A DNA stretch of 64,000 bases from Candidatus Bathyarchaeia archaeon (GTDB lineage Archaea > Thermoproteota > Bathyarchaeia > Bathyarchaeales > Bathycorpusculaceae). Within the stretch, counting starts at the first letter, position 1; every line of letters starts with the position of its first letter. Location of the stretch: assembly GCA_050012255.1 (NCBI GenBank), contig JBEKHN010000010.1, positions 22,579 through 86,578 on the forward strand, given 5' to 3'. Shown one piece after another: positions 30,136 through 40,253 of this stretch. The notes under the pieces were generated by a model that was not told the DNA's origin, searched no databases, and saw only the letters and a list, made by a program, of their open reading frames with translations. The position numbers and the translations under genes were made by a program.

Positions 30136-30361
30136 TCACAATTCGGCTTCAATATTCATTAGGTTTTCGCAACTGTCTTGGCTAAAGGCATCTGATGCTT
30201 AGAAGATCCAAAACTGAGAAGCGCGCGCTCCTCCAGTAAGGGAATAAATGAAGATCTGAGACTCCGGCTAGTTGTGGGCCAGAGTGTTTGTAAACGGGCT
30301 AAGTCTCGGAGGAGTTTTTGTCCCGTGATAAGATCGCGAGATAAACGTGTGTCGGGCTGAT

Positions 30362-30630
30362 GATACTGTAAACTTATTTGTCATGGGAACCTTCAGTCTT
30401 TTGCTTGACTCCATCGAAGCTAGCGCGCATGCTTGTTCCTAAATTCTGTTCAAGAGGAGGTATCGCGTTTTTCGATGGTCAATGGTTACTGTCACGGTTC
30501 ATGCTGGGTTCTTGCGTGCTCACACCCTCCCCCGGGTATCCTATATGATCCAAATATGGCTGAAGAGCAAATGAGCAGCACAAGCTACTTCCCAAAAGAA
30601 TTTAGGAACGCGCTAGCGCGCTACAGTATC
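30362..30630. mobile_element. Outer non-autonomous element with 9-bp TSD (CGGGCTGAT) and GATACTGTA/TACAGTATC ends
   Basis: Direct repeat at 30353-30361 and 30631-30639 immediately outside inverted ends. Confidence 0.75.
30423..30621. mobile_element. MITE-like element (GCGCGC family) nested in the previous element
   Basis: TA-GCGCGCATGCTTGTTCCTAAATTCT ... AGAATTTAGGAACGCGCTAGCGCGC-TA. Confidence 0.82.
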
Positions 30631-30747
30631 CGGGCTGATTGAGTTGTCTTTGATATTGGAGGCACGGATAGACAGTGAAAGCACGCGCCTTGCCACCAGA
30701 GAGCCACACATCTTCTGTCATGTTCGTCTTTCCAGATTGACCGTGAT

Positions 30748-31512
30748 TCAAATCTTGATCCGTTTGAAGCTCCAAGCCGCCAAAAGAAACATACCTACGC
30801 TTTCAACCACGAGCAACAAGACTTCGTAGCCAAGATAGCTGGTTTGAAGACCTAGGATTCCAAATCTGAACATGTCGGCGGCGTAAGTCAGTGGGTTAGC
30901 TAAAGCTAATGCACGTATGAATGCAGGAACGTTTTCAAGTGGGTAAAAAGTCGAACTTAAAAAAAGTAGTGGAGGCATTATAATGTTGAACACGACGTTC
31001 AAGACTTCATCGGTTTTCACGGCCGTGGAGACTACTATGGAAAATGAGCCGAACAATAGAGATCCGAGCATCCAAGCGGCCGCAATGTATAAGATTCCAA
31101 GAGCATTGACCGATAAACCAGACAGAAGTGGAGATGTGAATAGAAGAACTAGAAAGGCCATTGCAAGACCCTGAAGGGCTACTGAGAGAATCTTGCTTGC
31201 TATGTATTGCGTTTTCGTGAATGGTCCAACAAGAATCTGTTCAAACATCCCGAATCTTTTGTCGAACCATATCGACGCTCCCGCAAGGACTCCTCCCGTG
31301 AGAAACTGACTTACAATTATGCCTGGGGCGAGGAATAGGACGTAGCTCATGCTGATTCCGCCTGAAACAACGCTAGGAATAGCACCGCCAAGGGCAAATC
31401 CCAGAACAAAAATGTAGATGAGAGGTGAAACAAGCATCGATGCCAAGAATAAGGGTGACATGAGAAGACTTCCTCGAATGTCCCGAACAAGTAGCTTGAG
31501 CATGCTGTTCAT
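30748..31512 (-). CDS. ABC-2 type permease
   Basis: ~6 TMs; LSSTFYP, NPLTY. Confidence 0.92.
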   Translation of the reverse strand: MNSMLKLLVRDIRGSLLMSPLFLASMLVSPLIYIFVLGFALGGAIPSVVSGGISMSYVLFLAPGIIVSQFLTGGVLAGASIWFDKRFGMFEQILVGPFTKTQYIASKILSVALQGLAMAFLVLLFTSPLLSGLSVNALGILYIAAAWMLGSLLFGSFSIVVSTAVKTDEVLNVVFNIIMPPLLFLSSTFYPLENVPAFIRALALANPLTYAADMFRFGILGLQTSYLGYEVLLLVVESVGMFLLAAWSFKRIKI

Positions 31513-32465
31513 GCTTCTTCCTCCTTCTTTGAAGTCAATCTTAAGAAAGCCTCTTCGAGAGTTGACTCTTTAATGTTGATTGTTGTGACGTGCTGTCCAT
31601 TTGCAAACAGAGCTTGAAGTAATCTGGGCAGCACGGTTGATGGGTCGTCTGTCGATATCCTGAAAAACTCATCCTCTTCTTGCGGTTCATAGAAAGCGTT
31701 AATCCCCTCAATAGGCGTCAAGATTCTTCTCAGTTCTGCACCCTTCTCAGCAAGTGTAAACTCGATGATCTCTCCCGTTCCAAACCTTGACCGAAGTCTA
31801 TCAACCGTGTCATCAGCCAAGATCTTGCCGTGGTCTATTATCGCCACCCTGTCGCACAGGTATTCAGCTTCTTCCATGATGTGGGTTGTGAAGAAAACCG
31901 TCAAGCCTTCTGAAGCACGTTTCTTCACGTAGTCCAATAGTGTTCTTCGCACTTGAGGGTCGAGACCAAGAGTAGGTTCATCCAGGAAAAGGATGTCCAT
32001 GTCGTGCATCAGCTCGCGGGCAATTTGAACTCTCCTTCTCTGGCCGATCGAAAGCTCCGGACCTTTCGTTTTCAAGCAATCCTTCAACCCGAAAAGCTCA
32101 CTCAAGAACTGAATCTTCTTACTCCTCTCCTCTTTAGGGATATCCCAAAGGAAACCAGAGCTATCCAGATTTTGCTCAACCGTCATGAACATTTCGAGAC
32201 TCGGCTGCTGCTGAACCACTCCGATCCTGCGTCTAATCTTCAAAGGCTCCTCAGTGACATCGTGGCCAAGGACGATGGCTTTGCCGCGTGTAGGGGGAAT
32301 CAAAGTTGTAAGCACCTTTATGGTGGTCGTCTTCCCAGCACCGTTAGGACCCAAGAAGCCAAAAATCTCGCCTTTTCTTACACCAAAAGAAACGCCGTCA
32401 ACGGCAGCCTTTTCACCGTAAACTCTAACGAGCCCATCAACCAAAATGGTATAGTCTGAAATCAA
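31509..32465 (-). CDS. ABC ATP-binding protein (DrrA-like)
   Basis: GPNGAGKT, LDEPTLGLD, TLEEAFL. Confidence 0.95.
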   Translation of the reverse strand: MISDYTILVDGLVRVYGEKAAVDGVSFGVRKGEIFGFLGPNGAGKTTTIKVLTTLIPPTRGKAIVLGHDVTEEPLKIRRRIGVVQQQPSLEMFMTVEQNLDSSGFLWDIPKEERSKKIQFLSELFGLKDCLKTKGPELSIGQRRRVQIARELMHDMDILFLDEPTLGLDPQVRRTLLDYVKKRASEGLTVFFTTHIMEEAEYLCDRVAIIDHGKILADDTVDRLRSRFGTGEIIEFTLAEKGAELRRILTPIEGINAFYEPQEEDEFFRISTDDPSTVLPRLLQALFANGQHVTTINIKESTLEEAFLRLTSKKEEEA

Positions 32466-32611
32466 ACCGTTCCGCTCAAGAAATGTGCGTCAGGCTCTTC
32501 TTTTAAGTTCTCCTGAAGTTTCAGTAGCGTCAGGGTGGCCATAGTATTGTTTAATTATTGGGTTTCACTAGAATGTATTCGAGTTGTTCTGACAGTGGCG
32601 AGGGGAAGTTT

Positions 32612-33052
32612 TTGAGGGCGGCCGAAGCTATGAGAACAAGCACAGTCACCGTTGAAGAAGGCATGTCTGTTGCTGAAGCCTCTCTAGGCATGTACAAAAA
32701 AGGAGAGGGATGCGCTATTGTTTTGCGGCAAGGGAAACCGTTTGGCATAGTAACTGAACGCGACGTGACTTGGAAAGTTGCTGCAAAAGGGCTTGACCCC
32801 AAAAATGTGAAAGTCGCCGAAGTAATGTCGACGCCCTTGATAACGATCGATCCGAACGCGGACCTGACAGAAGCAGCTAAGATAATGAAAAAACACAAGA
32901 TCCGGAGACTAGCAGTGGTTAGAGAAGGAGCCCTTCACGGCGTCTTAACAGCCAACGATGTTGCCCGCAACCTTGAAAACTACATGGATAAGGAGATACG
33001 AGATATTCTAGGATATTTGTGGACGCCTCGCTATCTTCCCGAAGAGGGTTAA
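32612..33052 (+). CDS. CBS domain pair protein
   Basis: GIVTERD, MSTPLITI, IRRLAVV. Confidence 0.92.
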   Translation: MRAAEAMRTSTVTVEEGMSVAEASLGMYKKGEGCAIVLRQGKPFGIVTERDVTWKVAAKGLDPKNVKVAEVMSTPLITIDPNADLTEAAKIMKKHKIRRLAVVREGALHGVLTANDVARNLENYMDKEIRDILGYLWTPRYLPEEG

Positions 33053-33158
33053 AATAAACCTCTGAAAAAGCGGAAGCGCTCTACCTCGTATCTCATATTA
33101 AGACGCATTATGATTTGTCACGGCCAATCACGCTTATCTCTTCGATTGTCCGCATAGA

Positions 33159-33914
33159 CTATTGTGGTGTGTCTGTTCCTGTTTCTTCTCTGAATTGCAG
33201 TCTGTAGAATGAGCTGTACAATCCTTTCTGGCGCATGAGCTGTTCATGCGTGCCTCTTTCCACGATTTCGCCGTGATCGATCGTTAGGATTTCGTCGCAC
33301 AGTCTGATTGTTGAGAGTCGATGTGCGATTATTATCGTCATTCTGTTTTGCATCAGTCTCTTTAAGGCTCTTTGGATCACCAGTTCGGTGTAGGCGTCAA
33401 CTGAGGATGTTGCCTCGTCCAGCACTAGGATTTCGGGATTTGCAAGTAGTGTTCTGGCGAAGCTTACGAGTTGTCTTTGACCTATGGATATATTTGAAGA
33501 CCCTTCCTGTATGACGTAGTCGTAGTCGTTGGGAAGTTTCATTATGAAATCGTGGGCACCGATGGATTTTGCTGCGTCCACGACTTCTTGGTCTGACGCT
33601 TCAAGTCTCCCGAATCTTATGTTTTCCCTTATGGAAAGTGAAAAAAGAAACGAGTCCTGCAGCACTATGCTCATGCGGCCTCTTAAAGAAGCAAGCGGGA
33701 TGTCTCTTATGTCATGTCCATTGATGAGGATTCTGCCTTCGCCTGGGTCGTAGAATCTTGCAAGCAGGTTGATTATCGTGCTTTTTCCCGCGCCTGTCTG
33801 GCCGACAATCGCGAGTTTCATGTTGCGTTTCAGGGTGAAGTTGATGTTCTTTAAAACTGGGACGTCGATGTCGTACGCGAAATTGACGTTTTCGAATCTC
33901 ACTTCTTCTATCAT
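33159..33914 (-). CDS. ABC exporter nucleotide-binding domain (split from upstream TMD)
   Basis: GQTGAGKS, ISIGQRQ, LDEATS, IAHRL. Confidence 0.85.
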   Translation of the reverse strand: MIEEVRFENVNFAYDIDVPVLKNINFTLKRNMKLAIVGQTGAGKSTIINLLARFYDPGEGRILINGHDIRDIPLASLRGRMSIVLQDSFLFSLSIRENIRFGRLEASDQEVVDAAKSIGAHDFIMKLPNDYDYVIQEGSSNISIGQRQLVSFARTLLANPEILVLDEATSSVDAYTELVIQRALKRLMQNRMTIIIAHRLSTIRLCDEILTIDHGEIVERGTHEQLMRQKGLYSSFYRLQFREETGTDTPQ

Positions 33915-34978
33915 TGCAATGAGATACTCCTTTCAGGCGGTGCGTCCACGACTTCGACTTTCGTGTCTATCACATCGAACATTCTTTCAATCGCAGACAT
34001 GGCTGACTGGTACTGGTCGTACATGGTTACAAGGTCAATCAGCGGCATGAAATATGAGAACTGGTACTCGATGAAGGCTACCAGAATTCCCAGCGTGATC
34101 GTTGGCGGTACTGCCACCAATGCATAGACGCCGAAGAACAGGATTATCATGGTTCCGATCAGTCTCAGTGCCATCACAAACGGCGTGTACGACGAGCCTA
34201 TGAGGATGGCTCTGATGGTAGCCTTGACGTTTTCGTCTTGACTTCTCAGGAACTTCTTTTCTGTCTCTTTCTCCTGCGCGTAGGCTTGGGTGACTTTTAT
34301 GCCTGCCAAGTCTTCCTGTAACCTGGCCGTCAACCCTGAAGTCGTGATCAGCGTTCTCCTGTAGGCTGCTCTTGAGTATTTTCCGAGGTACCAGACCAGC
34401 ACTATGGCCACGGGCAGAACTGAGATGGCCAGAAGTGACAGTCGAAGGTCAAGATAGAACATAATTGCGAAGGCGCCCAGTATCGAAGAGATGTCTACCA
34501 GAATGCTCGTTAGTCCAACTCTGATGAATATTCTGACGGTGTTGGCGTCGTTGGTCGGGCGCGAGATTATTCTTCCAGCTTCGCCTTCTGAAAAATACCT
34601 GAGGGAGATGACCTGCAGCTTTTCCATCATGTCGTCCCGCATCTTTGCAACCACTTTTTCTCCCACTATACGCATTTGATAGGTTTGGATGTACTGGAAC
34701 AGATAGTTGCCTAGAATGATAGCGGCGAACAGGGGGATCCACCATATGAAGCTCGAAAGGTTCTTCGGCGTTATTATGCTGTCTATGGCTATTGCGTGCA
34801 TGTAGGGGGCAGCTAAGCCGGTGAAGGCGCCTGCTATCGTGGCGGTAACGCCGATTTGCAGGTTTCGTTTGTGGGCTTGAGCGTACTCGTAGACCCTTCT
34901 AATCAACACCCGGTCAGGGACGGTTCTCTTTCTTCTTTCTTCCTGTTTTGTCGAGAAAGTTCCGTACGAACCTGACAT
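33911..34978 (-). CDS. ABC exporter transmembrane domain
   Basis: 6 TMs; GRIISRPTND; SAIERMFD; ends at the TMD-NBD linker. Confidence 0.85.
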   Translation of the reverse strand: MSGSYGTFSTKQEERRKRTVPDRVLIRRVYEYAQAHKRNLQIGVTATIAGAFTGLAAPYMHAIAIDSIITPKNLSSFIWWIPLFAAIILGNYLFQYIQTYQMRIVGEKVVAKMRDDMMEKLQVISLRYFSEGEAGRIISRPTNDANTVRIFIRVGLTSILVDISSILGAFAIMFYLDLRLSLLAISVLPVAIVLVWYLGKYSRAAYRRTLITTSGLTARLQEDLAGIKVTQAYAQEKETEKKFLRSQDENVKATIRAILIGSSYTPFVMALRLIGTMIILFFGVYALVAVPPTITLGILVAFIEYQFSYFMPLIDLVTMYDQYQSAMSAIERMFDVIDTKVEVVDAPPERSISLQ

Positions 34979-36822
34979 TAGGAATCACCTGCTTCTCGTA
35001 GGATGGGTGAAGTTTTTTGGACAAACTGGGTTTCATAGACCTTCTTGTAGACGCCATCTCTTGCTATGAGCTCCTCGTGTGTGCCAAATTCCGCTACTGA
35101 ACCGTTCTCAAGGACCAGTATCTTGTCAGCCGTCTTTATCGTTGAGAATCTCTGCGCGATTATGAGGGTTGTCCTCGCCCTTGTTGCTTCTTCTATTGCG
35201 GATTGAATCTCTTGCTCCGTCTTCGCGTCCACAAAGGAGAGCGAATCGTCCATTATCAGCATCCTCGGGTTGCCCACGAGCGCTCTCGCTATGGTTATTC
35301 TCTGCTTCTGACCTCCCGAAAGCGTGACCCCCCTTTCCCCAACAGCTGTGTCGTAACCAGATGGAAGGGATTCAATGAAATCGTGTATTCTGGCCGACTT
35401 GGCAGCTTGCACTATTTCATCCATCGAGGCGTCAGGCTTACCGAAAGCAATATTCTCCCTCATCGTTCCAGAAAACAGGAAAACATCCTGCAGGACCACG
35501 CCTATCTGCCGCCTTAGGGAAGCCAGCTTGAATCCGCGGATGTCCGTGCCATCTATCCTTATGCTGCCCGCCTGGATGTCGTAAAACCTTGGGATTAGGT
35601 ATATCAGAGAGCTCTTTCCTGACCCCGTTGCACCCAGTATCGCTATTTTTTCACCTGGCTGCACCGTAAAAGTGACCTTATTTAGCACAGGCCTGTCTTT
35701 CACGTACCCAAACGCGACGTTTTCCAGCTCAAGTTTTCCTTTTTCTATCCTAACGTCTCTGGCGTTAGGCACATCTTCAACGCTTCTTGGAGCATCTATC
35801 ATTTCTTGGACTCTTTCCAGTCCAGCATAAGCCGCAATCCACGTTCCCAAAGTCTGGCTTACGTCCCTTATGGGAAACGTCAGTCTCATCATGTACCTGA
35901 CAAAGAGAATCAAGTAGCCAATTTGTTCAACCGCCAAGGCTGAGTATGGAACTCCTAGCGTAATTCCTGCGTACACGTAGACCAGGGCCGCTCCAAGCGT
36001 CAGCAGCGCTGGACCGAGTGGCATGTAGATTGACTGTATTTTGCCCGCGGTGATTGCCGTGTTCACGTATACGTCTTCCACGTCTTTGAATCCGTCAACA
36101 ACATCTTTTTCTCGGCGGAATATCCTGACTGTCTTCATTCCGATGATGTTTTGCTGTATGTAGGAGGTCAATCTTCCCATGATTAGCTGCATGTTTCTGA
36201 AGAGGGGCATCGTGTCTATCCATAGGCGCGTTGTGAAATAGAAGATGAGCGGCATCGTGGCTACGGAGATCAGGGTCATGGTCGGGCTTATTGGAAGGAT
36301 TATCGCAATGATGATGATTGTTGTGAAGACGGCGTTGAGAACAGTGCCCAGCCATGTTCTCAGAAACATGTCGACCAATTGAAGGTCTACTGTGGCTCTT
36401 GACGTCAGATCTCCAACGCCTACAGAATCATAAAAACTGAAGGATTTGCTCTGAAGCGAACGGTAATACTCGGACCTTATGTCTCGCACTATGTACTGGG
36501 ACATTACCCCGTGCATGTAAGTCAGAATGAAGTTTGTTATGGCGTAGCCTATTCCGGCCAGTACGATAACGAGCAGATAGCCCAACAATAGACTGGTGTT
36601 AGTCGGGGGTCCTATCACATAGATGATGATATAGGACGTGTACAATGGTTCGAGCGAGAACAGAATGGATCTTATCACTGCAAGAACGACTATTGCCGTG
36701 ACGTGCCAAGGGTATTTCCTGTGGTACTGCAAGAGTCTTTTGAAAGCCGAAAAGGATTGCGCGAAACCCTTCTGCGGTTTAAGCGACTTTGCATAATCGA
36801 GAAGAGGCTTTGCTATACTCAT
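34978..36822 (-). CDS. Heterodimeric ABC exporter subunit (TMD+NBD, degenerate site)
   Basis: GATGSGKS, LSGGQ, MDDS (Walker B E to D), IAQR (H to Q). Confidence 0.94.
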   Translation of the reverse strand: MSIAKPLLDYAKSLKPQKGFAQSFSAFKRLLQYHRKYPWHVTAIVVLAVIRSILFSLEPLYTSYIIIYVIGPPTNTSLLLGYLLVIVLAGIGYAITNFILTYMHGVMSQYIVRDIRSEYYRSLQSKSFSFYDSVGVGDLTSRATVDLQLVDMFLRTWLGTVLNAVFTTIIIIAIILPISPTMTLISVATMPLIFYFTTRLWIDTMPLFRNMQLIMGRLTSYIQQNIIGMKTVRIFRREKDVVDGFKDVEDVYVNTAITAGKIQSIYMPLGPALLTLGAALVYVYAGITLGVPYSALAVEQIGYLILFVRYMMRLTFPIRDVSQTLGTWIAAYAGLERVQEMIDAPRSVEDVPNARDVRIEKGKLELENVAFGYVKDRPVLNKVTFTVQPGEKIAILGATGSGKSSLIYLIPRFYDIQAGSIRIDGTDIRGFKLASLRRQIGVVLQDVFLFSGTMRENIAFGKPDASMDEIVQAAKSARIHDFIESLPSGYDTAVGERGVTLSGGQKQRITIARALVGNPRMLIMDDSLSFVDAKTEQEIQSAIEEATRARTTLIIAQRFSTIKTADKILVLENGSVAEFGTHEELIARDGVYKKVYETQFVQKTSPILREAGDS

Positions 36823-36927
36823 TGTGATCTTCTTAGGTTAGCCCAAACGCCTCAAATCAATATAAAGATTTTCAGAACGCCCCTTTTTATTGCGTATTAA
36901 CAAGTGGAAGTTGGCTGCCTGGAGGCT

Positions 36928-36951
36928 GCGCGCATGCCTGTTCCCAAATTC
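36928..36951 (+). mobile_element. Solo end of the GCGCGC element family
   Basis: GCGCGCATGCCTGTTCCCAAATTC. Confidence 0.7.
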
Positions 36952-37159
36952 GCTGAAGTGTAATAGGTTGAGTGCCGTACCTCTTTTTGAGGGGATAAAT
37001 GAAGAGATGCGAGACTCTTGAGACATTGTTTGGCAATGTTCACTTTTGAGTTTAAGGCTCTCACAAGGGGTATGTTTTATTATTGCCTGTTACGAGTAGC
37101 ACTATCGTTTAAACAGAATCTGCGTTGCCGAACAACTGAGTTATTGTGAGAGTGATGTA

Positions 37160-37950
37160 TTGTCGTTGCCTCTCAAAGAAGGTTGGAACAAAATCTCGGA
37201 CGATTACCAGCAAAGAATGGAGATGCCAACAGACGACGTTTATTGAGGCGATTTTGTAGCCTCGGAAAGTCAACTCGGAGTGTTGGGCGAGGTTAGGGGC
37301 AAGAGAATCCTGGAGATTGGTTGTGGCGCGGCTCAAAACTCGCTAGTTCTCTCAAAATGGGGAGCGCATGCTTTTGGAATAGACTTGTCGTGGAACCAGA
37401 TACTTCACGGTAGGCGACTCTCAAGAAAGGAAGCAGTGGAAGTGAACCTATTTGTTGGCAGTATAGACAGCTTGCCCTTCAAGGATGAAACTTTTGACAT
37501 GATCATTGCGGCGAGGGCTTTGCACTATGTGCCAGACCTGAAGGCAGCAATCAGTGAAGTACATAGAGTCCTTGTGGAAAATGGATGCTTCACCATCAGC
37601 ACTGTTCACCCGCTTATTTGGGGAAGTGCGGGCAAACTAGCTAAATACAGAGGAAAACCATCTGTCCAGTCAGAAACTACTTCGAACGCAGGGTTGAACA
37701 CTGGATAAACAAACTGCCGAATGGAACTCAAGTAAAGATGCATTCATACTATCGAACCTTGCAGGATCACTTTGACATACTGATTCAAAATGGATTTACT
37801 ATTGAACGATACATGGAACTTGAGAGATTACAAGAAAGTGCGCTGCATCCGCTGAACCAAGGGAAGCTCAAGAAAGACAAGAAGGCGCGCCAGCTCTACA
37901 CAAAGATGAAAGAAGTGCCTTATTGGATAATCATCAAAGCCCGTAGGTGA
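37160..37950 (+). pseudogene. SAM methyltransferase pseudogene
   Basis: In-frame TGA at 37244 (DDVY*GDF), LEIGCG motif, frameshift near 37665 into VRNYFERR...HSYYRTL. Confidence 0.85.
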
Positions 37951-37953
37951 GGT

Positions 37954-38175
37954 GGCGCATGTCTGTTCCTAGTTAGTTTGTGAAGTACCTTATGCTTCTT
38001 GCTTTGCTCGGTTTGTGTGTGCTGATGCCTGCTTGAGCTGTGAACAGCATGACCAGCAGGGAGAGTTGAGCGTGGAATGTGATCCTGGCCAGTCCTCTCA
38101 TGTCGTGCTGCGTTAAGCCTGCAAGGTTCTTGATTCGGCTGAAGACTCGTTCCACGGCCACTCGCTAGCGCGCGC
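37954..38175 (-). mobile_element. DDE transposase C-terminal remnant (IS5/IS1182-like) bounded by GCGCGC-family ends
   Basis: RVAVERVFSRIK...RGL...H; GGCGCATGTCTGTTCCTA right after its stop; GCTAGCGCGC at the truncation. Confidence 0.8.
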
Positions 38176-38176
38176 T

Positions 38177-39466
38177 CTACTTTCCATAATGTTCTAAATA
38201 GCCCTCCGTTTCCTTGAATAGTTTCTGGAGGTCTGCTTCTGAGTGGGCAGTGCTCAAGGCTCCGCAGTGCGTCGGTAGGAAGAAGATTCCGTTTGCCATC
38301 AACGTCAAGTTGTATTCGAGAAGCCTCTTTTTGTCGGCTCTGAAGACGGCGGGGGCATCTCTTATCCGCTCCTTTGTGAAGTGAACATTAAATAAGGATC
38401 CTAAGCCTACAACTTGCGCGTCAACATCATGCTTCTCAAAGGTCCGTCGCAGTCTCTCCCTGATTTCGTCGCCCTGCCTGTTGAGGCGGCTTGTTACCCT
38501 GCCATCTTCCAGGGTTTTCAGTGTCGCGAGTCCAGCAACCATTGTCATCGGGTTTCCAGCGAAGGTTCCTCCGTGAAAAGAGTAGTGCGGACGGTTGTAG
38601 GCGATGTTGTCTATCCTCTCCATTATCTTCTTCGACCCGCAGAAGGCACCGACAGGGAAGCCTCCTCCCAGAATCTTTCCCAGAACGGTTATGTCAGCGT
38701 TTACGCCGTAGAACTGTTGTCCCCCTCCAGGAGCCAATCGGAACCCTGTGATCACTTCATCAAAGATTAATAGGATATCTTTTCGGTCGCAGAATTCTCT
38801 CAAGCCTTTCAGGAACTCCTTTTCAGCTGGCACTGCTCCTCCGGCTCCTAATACGGGTTCGATAACGATGGAGGCAGGCTGCTTGTTTTTCAGCTTCTTC
38901 TCAACCCCTTCGAGGTCGTTGAAAGGCAAAAGAACAGTGTCTTGAAGAGCTCCATGTGTGAGGCCTGCCGACTCCGGAAGGTCGAAGGGCTGCTTGACCC
39001 CTACGTGGAGTGCATCGTAACCTCCATGCCATCCACCTTCAAATTTGGCAATCGTGTCTCTGCCCGTGAACGCGCGTGCCAGTCTGGTGGCGTACATGTT
39101 TGCTTCTGTTCCAGAATTGGTGAAGCGAACCATTTGGACGCTCGGAACCATTTTGACAACCTGTTCAGCTAGAGCAATTTCCAGTTCGTGCGATGTTCCG
39201 TAGTGAGTTCCGTTTTCCAGTTGTTTCTTGACAACTTTCACAACTTCCTTTGGGCTGTGTCCCAGGATAAGCGCAGCATGTCCGAGCCAAAAATCGATGT
39301 ACTCGTTTCCGTCAACGTCCCAAAGCTTACTTCCGTGCGCTTTGACAGTGTAGAAGGGGTATGGCTCAAAATAACGTATCCCGTACGAAACACCCGCGGG
39401 AAAAACCTTCTTTGCACGGTCATAAAGAGTCCTCGAAGTCGGAGTTTTTGAAGTGTATTCATCCAT
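38177..39466 (-). CDS. hemL: Glutamate-1-semialdehyde 2,1-aminomutase family
   Basis: NSGTEA, FDEVITGFR, LGKILGGG, GTFAGNP. Confidence 0.88.
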   Translation of the reverse strand: MDEYTSKTPTSRTLYDRAKKVFPAGVSYGIRYFEPYPFYTVKAHGSKLWDVDGNEYIDFWLGHAALILGHSPKEVVKVVKKQLENGTHYGTSHELEIALAEQVVKMVPSVQMVRFTNSGTEANMYATRLARAFTGRDTIAKFEGGWHGGYDALHVGVKQPFDLPESAGLTHGALQDTVLLPFNDLEGVEKKLKNKQPASIVIEPVLGAGGAVPAEKEFLKGLREFCDRKDILLIFDEVITGFRLAPGGGQQFYGVNADITVLGKILGGGFPVGAFCGSKKIMERIDNIAYNRPHYSFHGGTFAGNPMTMVAGLATLKTLEDGRVTSRLNRQGDEIRERLRRTFEKHDVDAQVVGLGSLFNVHFTKERIRDAPAVFRADKKRLLEYNLTLMANGIFFLPTHCGALSTAHSEADLQKLFKETEGYLEHYGK

Positions 39467-39647
39467 CTGTAAGACCGTTCCTAATGCTTCTTTTCTATGG
39501 CTGATAGTCTCAACTCTAAGAATTCATTTAAATTGTTTACCGTGAAAACACTGCGTTCTAGGAAAATGAGACTGACATAGGCACGCTTTCACAAATGCTT
39601 TTTATCCTCCTTTGGCCAGGTATTCCAGCTAACTGGAAGGTTGACAA

Positions 39648-40220
39648 ATGGACTTTAAGGGAAGTCAAACTGAAAAGAATCTGCTGGCAGCCTTCGCCGG
39701 CGAATGTCAGGCCAGAACTAGGTACACCTTCTTCTCGAGCGTTGCTAAAAAAGAAGGATTCGAACAGATATCCAGCATCTTCCAAGAAACGTCTGACAAC
39801 GAGAAGGAGCACGCGCGTCTGTTCTTCAAGCTTCTCAAGGGTGGACCCGTTGAGATCAAGGCTGCATATCCTGCAGGCATCATCGGATCAACTGCACAGA
39901 ATCTCAAAGCCGCCGCAGAAGGAGAAAAGTTCGAATGGGGAACGCTGTACCCTGGGTTTGCTGAAGTCGCAGAAAAAGAAGGCTTCAAGGATGCGGCCAG
40001 AACTTTCCGTCAAGTAGCTAAAGTCGAATTTTACCATGAGCGACGATACTTGAAGTTGCTCGCAAACGTCGAGCAAGGCAAGGTCTTCAAGAGAGACACT
40101 CCGATAAAATGGATATGCAGAAACTGCGGCTACGTTCACGAAGGATCCGAGGCGCCTGAGAAGTGCCCAGTCTGCGACCATCCGAGAAGCTTCTATGAGG
40201 TTTGGTGCGAAAACTACTGA
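39648..40220 (+). CDS. rbr: Rubrerythrin
   Basis: NEKEHA, EFYH, CRNCGY...CPVC. Confidence 0.96.
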   Translation: MDFKGSQTEKNLLAAFAGECQARTRYTFFSSVAKKEGFEQISSIFQETSDNEKEHARLFFKLLKGGPVEIKAAYPAGIIGSTAQNLKAAAEGEKFEWGTLYPGFAEVAEKEGFKDAARTFRQVAKVEFYHERRYLKLLANVEQGKVFKRDTPIKWICRNCGYVHEGSEAPEKCPVCDHPRSFYEVWCENY

Positions 40221-40253
40221 GCAAGCAAAGAAAAATCGGAGTTACTAAAACTG

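Noticed and set aside
37244-37246. In-frame TGA as selenocysteine
   Set aside because: Context suggests Trp (TGG to TGA) and the gene also has a frameshift
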